Shown piece by piece: positions 57,970-64,000 of a stretch of 64,000 nucleotides of DNA. Location of the stretch: assembly GCA_963733035.1 (NCBI GenBank), contig CAVTBU010000010.1:167346-231345 (forward strand), in the 5' to 3' direction. The DNA comes from Pirellulales bacterium (lineage in GTDB: Bacteria; Planctomycetota; Planctomycetia; Pirellulales; PALSA-1355). A program made the position numbers and the translations under genes. The number at the start of each line of letters is the position of its first letter. Position 1 is the stretch's first letter. The notes beneath the pieces were generated by a model. That model had not been told where the DNA came from and made no database searches. It saw only the letters and a list, made by a program, of their open reading frames with translations.

Positions 57970-58878
57970 TTACAAGGCTCGCAAAAACACTTGGCGACTG
58001 CTCCAGCGGATGAAGCCGGCCTCGGCGTAGATTGCCTTGGCCGGTTCGTTTTTCGCGTCAACGGCCAATACCATCCGCGCTCGCCCTGAAACGCGCGTCA
58101 TCCATTGCGCATGCCGTACGAGCGATAAACCCAGACCGCGACCGCGCGCTTCTGGCACGATTCCCATGTACGTCAGTTCCGTTTGATCATGTGCAGGCTC
58201 CTCGGTCACGATCAAGCAGCCGATGTCGGTGCCATTTTGGTTGGCAATCAGCCAGCTTGCGGGATCAAGCGGCCCTGAGCCGCGATAACCGGCCAGCACA
58301 TCGTCGATCGAGCGTAGGCCGTCGGCCGCCGGACAGTCGAGCGAGCCCGCATAGGTACGCTGTACGACCCTCGCTAGTCGAGCGTGGAGCGCATCTACAC
58401 AAGGGTGGAAGTCGACGTCTGCAGACGGCGGTGTTTGGGGAAACTGGGTTGCCAGGCATACCATGCTGTGCAGTTCTCCGACATGCGCAAGGCCGCCAGT
58501 TCGCAGAATCTCGCCATTGGTTTGCTGGTCGTCGACGAGCGCCTGCACGACTTGTACGTCTCGATTGCGCAAGATTTCGAGAACGTGCGCCAGCAGCGAC
58601 ACGGCGGTGTCGGTCGCTTCGGTACGCAACAGGCTGGGGGCGGCGATGACGGCCGATCGTCCCGGCTGTAATTGAACGCGCATCGCGCCGACGAGCATGG
58701 CGCCTCGGTATGCGCCCCAAATCTCCAACCGGCAGGTAGCGCGGGCCGCGTGGATTGCGCCGAGGGCGCTCGCTTGTGCCTCGGATGGCAGGTCGCCCCA
58801 GAAAATCGGCGCGGCTCGATCCCATTGTTCGGGCGAAAGCGGCGAGAACCGTAGCTGCTGGCGGTCGGCGTGCGGCAT
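57970..58878 (-). CDS. Tandem GNAT acetyltransferase
   Basis: YMGIVPEARGRGLG, LAVDAKNEPA..IY..AGF. Confidence 0.85.
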   Translation of the reverse strand: MPHADRQQLRFSPLSPEQWDRAAPIFWGDLPSEAQASALGAIHAARATCRLEIWGAYRGAMLVGAMRVQLQPGRSAVIAAPSLLRTEATDTAVSLLAHVLEILRNRDVQVVQALVDDQQTNGEILRTGGLAHVGELHSMVCLATQFPQTPPSADVDFHPCVDALHARLARVVQRTYAGSLDCPAADGLRSIDDVLAGYRGSGPLDPASWLIANQNGTDIGCLIVTEEPAHDQTELTYMGIVPEARGRGLGLSLVRHAQWMTRVSGRARMVLAVDAKNEPAKAIYAEAGFIRWSSRQVFLRAL

Positions 58879-58961
58879 AAGGGGGTGTTTTGGCAATTGT
58901 GCCGAAATTGTTATCCTGGGAGAACCTGCTCACCGATCGCACCCCAGAACCAGGTGCCACG

Positions 58962-59908
58962 ATGAAAACATTTTGCTTGGTGGCGATTAGCGCTGTTTGT
59001 TTTGCACTCTTGGCTGCGCCCGTTTCGGCTCAGCCTATTCTAAAGCGCGTTGAGGAGATGTTGCGCCAGCAATTGGGGGCGCGCAGCCCGCGGCGCCGGC
59101 CGAGCCCGGCTATCTGGGGCTGATCGGCGACGACACGCCTGACACGACTGGCGTACAGTTGCTGGAAGTCTACCCCAATCAACCGGCGGCCCAAGCCGGA
59201 CTGGCCGCCGGTGATGTGGTGACCGAGATCGATGGTCGCCGCATCCGCACAATGGACGATATGCTCGGCGTCCTGGACGGCAAACCGCCTGGGACCAAAC
59301 TTCCCTTCACCATCCAGCGCGACGGCGCGGCGCAAAAGCTGGCCGTCACGCTTGGTCGCCGACCGCAGGAGCCGGGCACACTACAGGAGGACCTGCCGGT
59401 TCCAGATCAGCCACCCCCGCTGGCCTTGCCCGGTGGGCCAAAGCTGGGTGTGCGCACCATTCCGGTGACGGTCGAAGTGCAGCGTCAAAATGCCTTACCC
59501 AACAACGACGGCGCCCAGGTGGTGTCGGTCGGCGTCGATTCGGCGGCGGCGCAGGCCGGCATTCCGCTCGGCGCGGTGATCACCGGCGTCAACGGTCAGC
59601 CGATTCGTACGCCTCAGGAATTGGCCGCGGCAATCCAGAACGTGGTGAAATCAGAGGTGAGGATTGCTTACGTGCAGTCTGGCCGCAAAGTGGAGGCGAC
59701 CGCGACCCTCGACGTGCCTGCCGCCGGCGACGGGCCACAACTGGAGACCCGCGCTCGTCCGCCACAACCGTCGCCCTTGTCGCCGGCCGAACTTCAGCCG
59801 GCGCTGCCAACGGGCGACGCCGAGTCGCGGATCGACGCTCTCGAGCGCCGCGTGCGAGAACTCGAAGCCCGGATCAACAGCCTGGAAGGGAAAGCGACGG
59901 TCGAGTGA
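58962..59908 (+). CDS. Exported double-PDZ protein; frameshift near 59075-59095
   Basis: Signal peptide MKTFCLVAIS..SAQ; shifted frame PGYLGL, PAAQAGL..GDVV and PKLGV..AAAQAGI; C-terminal coiled coil. Confidence 0.8.
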
Positions 59909-59935
59909 CGAGTCGTCGTCGCCGATGGCCGGAGC

Positions 59936-60622
59936 TTAAGGCCGTTTCAGTGCCAGCTCGAGTCGGAAGCGCTTGAACGGATCGGAGGCACGCAGCACCT
60001 GGGCGGTGTGCACTTGCAGTTCGCTCACCGGCTTTCCGTTCCACTTCACCTGGTAAAGCTGCAGCGAAGGATCGCCCGTGGGCTGCGGAAGAAGCTTGTA
60101 CTGCCCCATCACCAATTGGATCAGTTTACGCGGATCGCCGGTCGTGCCGCGAAAGTGAATCAGCTTCACCCGTTGGTCGGTTCCGAAATAGTAGGTGAGC
60201 GAACCGGCCAAATCATCTTGCCGCGTGCCAGTCACCAGCGGAACTCGGTAGCCCTGCATGTCGAGCTCGGCCAGCCCCACGGTCACCCGCGGCCAGCGCG
60301 TCATGACCCAGGAGGGCGTAGCGCCAAAGTTGATCACCTCGCTCAGGTTGTAGGTGCCATAACCCTCGATCGGCACCGAATGGGCCGGTCTGCCGGGCGC
60401 CGAAGCTACCTGGGCGTAGTTCGTGGGCGAGCCGGCGGTGAATTCCGGCGGCGAAGCTGTCTTGGCGGGCGTTGCGTCGGCAGGCTGCTCGCTCGACTGC
60501 GACATGCTGGCCACGTTCGACTTGATGGTGGTCCACCACTGGGAGCCGGTGGACATGGCGTACGGAATCGCCACGGCACTCATCAGCACGCCGGAAAACA
60601 TGAATTTGCGCATCAGGGACAT
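59936..60622 (-). CDS. Membrane-anchored hypothetical protein
   Basis: N-terminal TM; WV..RWPRV, GYRVPLVTG....DLAGSLTYYF, F.G.TGD. Confidence 0.75.
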   Translation of the reverse strand: MSLMRKFMFSGVLMSAVAIPYAMSTGSQWWTTIKSNVASMSQSSEQPADATPAKTASPPEFTAGSPTNYAQVASAPGRPAHSVPIEGYGTYNLSEVINFGATPSWVMTRWPRVTVGLAELDMQGYRVPLVTGTRQDDLAGSLTYYFGTDQRVKLIHFRGTTGDPRKLIQLVMGQYKLLPQPTGDPSLQLYQVKWNGKPVSELQVHTAQVLRASDPFKRFRLELALKRP

Positions 60623-60908
60623 CGCCTGTTCCCCTCGAATCGGCCGCCCGCTCAACAGCGGCAACCGCCCGTGCGAAGGAGCGGCTGCTCATCGAGGAGA
60701 ATCGACGAGCCGGGCAAAAGAATTCAAGTTTCACTCGTCCGGCGGGGCAGGTTACCCAGCGAGTGAAACCCGTCTCGCGCATGCAACCCGCACAACCGCC
60801 AGGAAGCGAACTGCGCACGCTTCGAGCGAAAAAGCGCGGATGCCCCATCGCGCGAGCGCCGGTTGGCGCGGCCGATCCGCTTCGACTGCCGGTACAATCG
60901 GCGATGCG

Positions 60909-63560
60909 CTACTGCTGTTCGAGCGTCAGTACGCCAAGGTCAAGCGGCTGGGTCGTTGCACCGTCTTGCACGGGCGGGACGGTAAGGCGGTAGTCGCGCA
61001 AAATGCCGGGCGCCTCTCGACTGAACATCACACTCAGAACGAAATTTCCTTCGGGGACGTCATCCATGCGAAACGATCCGTCGCGTGCCACCGTGGCGTA
61101 AAGGTACGGCGCCTTTTGGCGCATTTGCTCGTGGACGTCGTACGCGGCGGTCCAGGCCAGACCGGCATCGGTGACCCTCCACTCGTTCCACCAAGCTTGG
61201 CGCTTCACGGGATCGTTCTGCACCGCGGGAGGCACCGGCGGTATCGGCGGCGCGACGAGGTCAGCCTGCAAGTTGACGGTCGCGAAGTTCCAAAGCACGT
61301 CTGCGGCGGGCTTGTTCCTCACCACCAGCTTGCCGATGACCGCACGACCGGCGCCGCCAAGCTCGAGCGTCGTGGTCTCGCCGGCAGTGAACTCTGCATA
61401 GACCTGCAGGGAGGAAGCCGTCTCCGTCGCGCCGTCGTTGACCATCAGGACAATGCGGCGGCCGATGCGGCCGCTGCCGGGAAACACTCGCTCGAAAACG
61501 AAATGCCCGTTTTCGTCGGTCGTCACTTCGTGACGCGTAAAGATGTTCGACAGGGTTTCTCCGTAGGACTGGATGCCGTTATTATTCAGCGTCAGCGTGA
61601 CGCCGCGTGCCGGCTGAGCCCCAACGCGATACGTGCCTTCCAAGCGAGCCCAGGGCGTCAGCTCGATGGGATCGGCCAGGGGCTCGTCGTCCGAGGCGTT
61701 CAAATACGCGAACCCTGCCGCGTGCGTGATCACAAGCTGAAAGGGTTCTCCCCGCGCCGGCAGGCTGAAACGGCCGTTGGCGTCGGCTTCGGTTCGGGCG
61801 GCAGAATAGGTGGACGTGTCGTCGATATCGCCCCGATCGATGCTGATTTGCGAACCTGCGACGCCGACGGCGATCTTCGCCCCTTCCGCTGCTTTTCCGT
61901 CGGACGTGACGACCGTCGCGGCGATGTTCGCGGCAGGCTGCAGTTCGAAGTCGTAGCGAACCTCGCCCTCGTCGGTCGCGATGTCGCGGGAGATGGCAAC
62001 GCGGTAACCGTCTGCTTCAATGCGGACGAGGTGTGCGGGATAACCGTGCGTCATTCGCACGCGGTACTTTCCGTCGGTGGCCTCGAAACGATCGCGCTCG
62101 ATCAGGCTGACTCGAGAATCGGTGTTGCGCAGCGCGGGAATGACGCGGAACTTCTGAATGGGCGCCTTCGTCTTCGCATCGATCACACTGCCGGAAACGA
62201 CCAGCGCGCTGGGCGGGGTGAACACGAATTCTTCTTCGCGCGGGAACAGCGCCTGGCGCGACAGCTGCATCCCGCCCGGCCGGCAGATATCGGCTTGAAA
62301 GGTGTCGAGCGGTGCCTCGTTCCACTCCCAGACGCCATTTTTGTCGGCGTACTGATTCACGTTGTCGAACTCGAAATAATTGAAGCTGCCCCGCCACTCC
62401 TGAAAGAAGATCCGCGCCCGCGCGATTCCATGGCCTTGCTCGTCGACCACCCGCACGCGAATCTTTCCGCCGGGCTTCATCTGGAAGTCGACCGGCGCCA
62501 TGTTCGGCCCGACCAGGACCTCTTGCACGTCGGTGGCGCGACCCTTGGCCGATACGACGATCCGCGCCATGCGCGGTTCACAGCCCGACAGATGATAAAC
62601 ACCCTGCGCGTCGGTTCTCGCCTGGCGAATATCGTTGAGGAACTGAGTGCGCACCAGCGCGCCCTTGATCGGCTGGCCGGATTCGTCGGTCACCGTGCCG
62701 GCGACCGTCAGTCCGCGGTCCAGTTTGATGCGGGCCGCAGGCGATGCATCACCCTGGATTTCGAAGTCGACTCGGGGCAGATTCCGCCGCAGCGGCTGAA
62801 AGTCGCGATGGCTGAACGACACGCTGACCTGGGGCATGGAAACCGGCACGCAGTCGAATCGCCATCTGCCCTGTTTGTCGCTGCGGATGCGAGTTCCGAT
62901 GCCCAGCTGCTCGTGAACGCCGGGGCGTTTTTTGTATTCGATGCTGGGATGGACTTCCGCGCCGTTCACGGGCTGCCCGGCGTCGTCGACCAGCACTCCC
63001 CCGACCGACCAGGCCGCATCCAGTTCGGCGGTGAACTCCCGGGGGATAACCTCTCGATGACTACTCGAGTCCCAACTGCCCCAATAGGGACCGTATCCCG
63101 GCTGTTTGATGCTGACGGTAAATCGCTCGGGATTGTCGACCAATTGCAGGTTGAGTTGTCCTTCGTCATCGGTTTCGGCGAAAAGTCCGTAGGTGGAGAC
63201 GCGAAGAAACCGTCCGCGCGTGATCTGCCGGGCCTTCGGTCGCGGCGACGTGCGGATTTCGACTTCGGCCTTTGATACCGGCTTGCCGTCGGGTCCGACG
63301 ACGCGCAACTGAAAGTCGCGCGACGGGGCGTCGCTTTTGGAATCGGCAGCAGGTTGTGGCGTCGCTTTCGAAGCCGGTCCGCTCTTGTCCGTGCCGGCTT
63401 GACCGCCGAACGCCGTCAAACCTGGTGAAACGGCCAGTGTCAGCCCCAGGGCCCACTTAATAATCGCGCGGTCCCACCTATTTCGCTGCGCGAGCGCGGC
63501 CTGGAATTTCAATTGACGATCGAGACATCGCCTGGCATCGCTTGACCGGAACGGTTGCAT
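60909..63560 (-). CDS. Large exported protein of tandem carboxypeptidase-regulatory-like beta-sandwich domains
   Basis: About 8 repeats of G.V.D..G.P+.GA.V / TD..G.F; GGAGG RBS. Confidence 0.85.
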   Translation of the reverse strand: MQPFRSSDARRCLDRQLKFQAALAQRNRWDRAIIKWALGLTLAVSPGLTAFGGQAGTDKSGPASKATPQPAADSKSDAPSRDFQLRVVGPDGKPVSKAEVEIRTSPRPKARQITRGRFLRVSTYGLFAETDDEGQLNLQLVDNPERFTVSIKQPGYGPYWGSWDSSSHREVIPREFTAELDAAWSVGGVLVDDAGQPVNGAEVHPSIEYKKRPGVHEQLGIGTRIRSDKQGRWRFDCVPVSMPQVSVSFSHRDFQPLRRNLPRVDFEIQGDASPAARIKLDRGLTVAGTVTDESGQPIKGALVRTQFLNDIRQARTDAQGVYHLSGCEPRMARIVVSAKGRATDVQEVLVGPNMAPVDFQMKPGGKIRVRVVDEQGHGIARARIFFQEWRGSFNYFEFDNVNQYADKNGVWEWNEAPLDTFQADICRPGGMQLSRQALFPREEEFVFTPPSALVVSGSVIDAKTKAPIQKFRVIPALRNTDSRVSLIERDRFEATDGKYRVRMTHGYPAHLVRIEADGYRVAISRDIATDEGEVRYDFELQPAANIAATVVTSDGKAAEGAKIAVGVAGSQISIDRGDIDDTSTYSAARTEADANGRFSLPARGEPFQLVITHAAGFAYLNASDDEPLADPIELTPWARLEGTYRVGAQPARGVTLTLNNNGIQSYGETLSNIFTRHEVTTDENGHFVFERVFPGSGRIGRRIVLMVNDGATETASSLQVYAEFTAGETTTLELGGAGRAVIGKLVVRNKPAADVLWNFATVNLQADLVAPPIPPVPPAVQNDPVKRQAWWNEWRVTDAGLAWTAAYDVHEQMRQKAPYLYATVARDGSFRMDDVPEGNFVLSVMFSREAPGILRDYRLTVPPVQDGATTQPLDLGVLTLEQQ

Positions 63561-63702
63561 CGGAACCTCCCGCCGTCGTGGTCGACGATTTTGCGACTCT
63601 CCAGAGGAGGGAAACTCTTACATACCCCTGGGGAGCCTCCATTGTACTGCCGCCGAAGGGCTTCTCACGTGAAAATCGTCCGGGACTTACGCTTTCGCGC
63701 TC

Positions 63703-64000
<298 letters not shown>

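Noticed and set aside
60423..63275. 950-aa plus-strand ORF, and other long antisense ORFs such as 247-1617, 23278-24366 and 25369-26937
   Set aside because: Shadows of real genes on the opposite strand, expected at high GC; no recognisable motifs.

Overview
GC-rich bacterial chromosome segment. Gene content (mcsA/mcsB, DUF1570, PEP-CTERM, Tat-exported Gfo/Idh/MocA, YHxWLGIPP domain, many lineage-type hypotheticals) points to Planctomycetota, probably Pirellulales-like; this is inferred, not database-checked. Most genes are housekeeping: rpmB end, gatCAB, bioA, queC/queD, fused CcsBA cytochrome c maturation, coaD, mcsAB, trpE, eno, efpL, proC, lspA, tag, guaB, nnrE, a diadenylate cyclase, dnaA and yjbQ. 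I saw no rRNA, tRNA, CRISPR array, integrase or transposase. About nine small frameshifts, one in enolase, suggest uncorrected read or assembly indels. The best candidate for an undescribed system is 5.9-15.2 kb. It has a MotA/TolQ/ExbB-family subunit with a long coiled-coil tail and two ExbD/TolR-like partners (only one keeps the TM Asp; three copies of one shared domain between them). Across queCD lies a divergent cluster with a membrane-tethered HTH + acidic disordered protein and a MotB-C/Pal-like lipoprotein. Other notable items: a ~150 bp multi-hairpin MITE-like element, a candidate sRNA, a shared C-terminal peptide motif in adjacent small exported proteins, and proC linked to efpL. All protein assignments are by motif recognition, not by searches.
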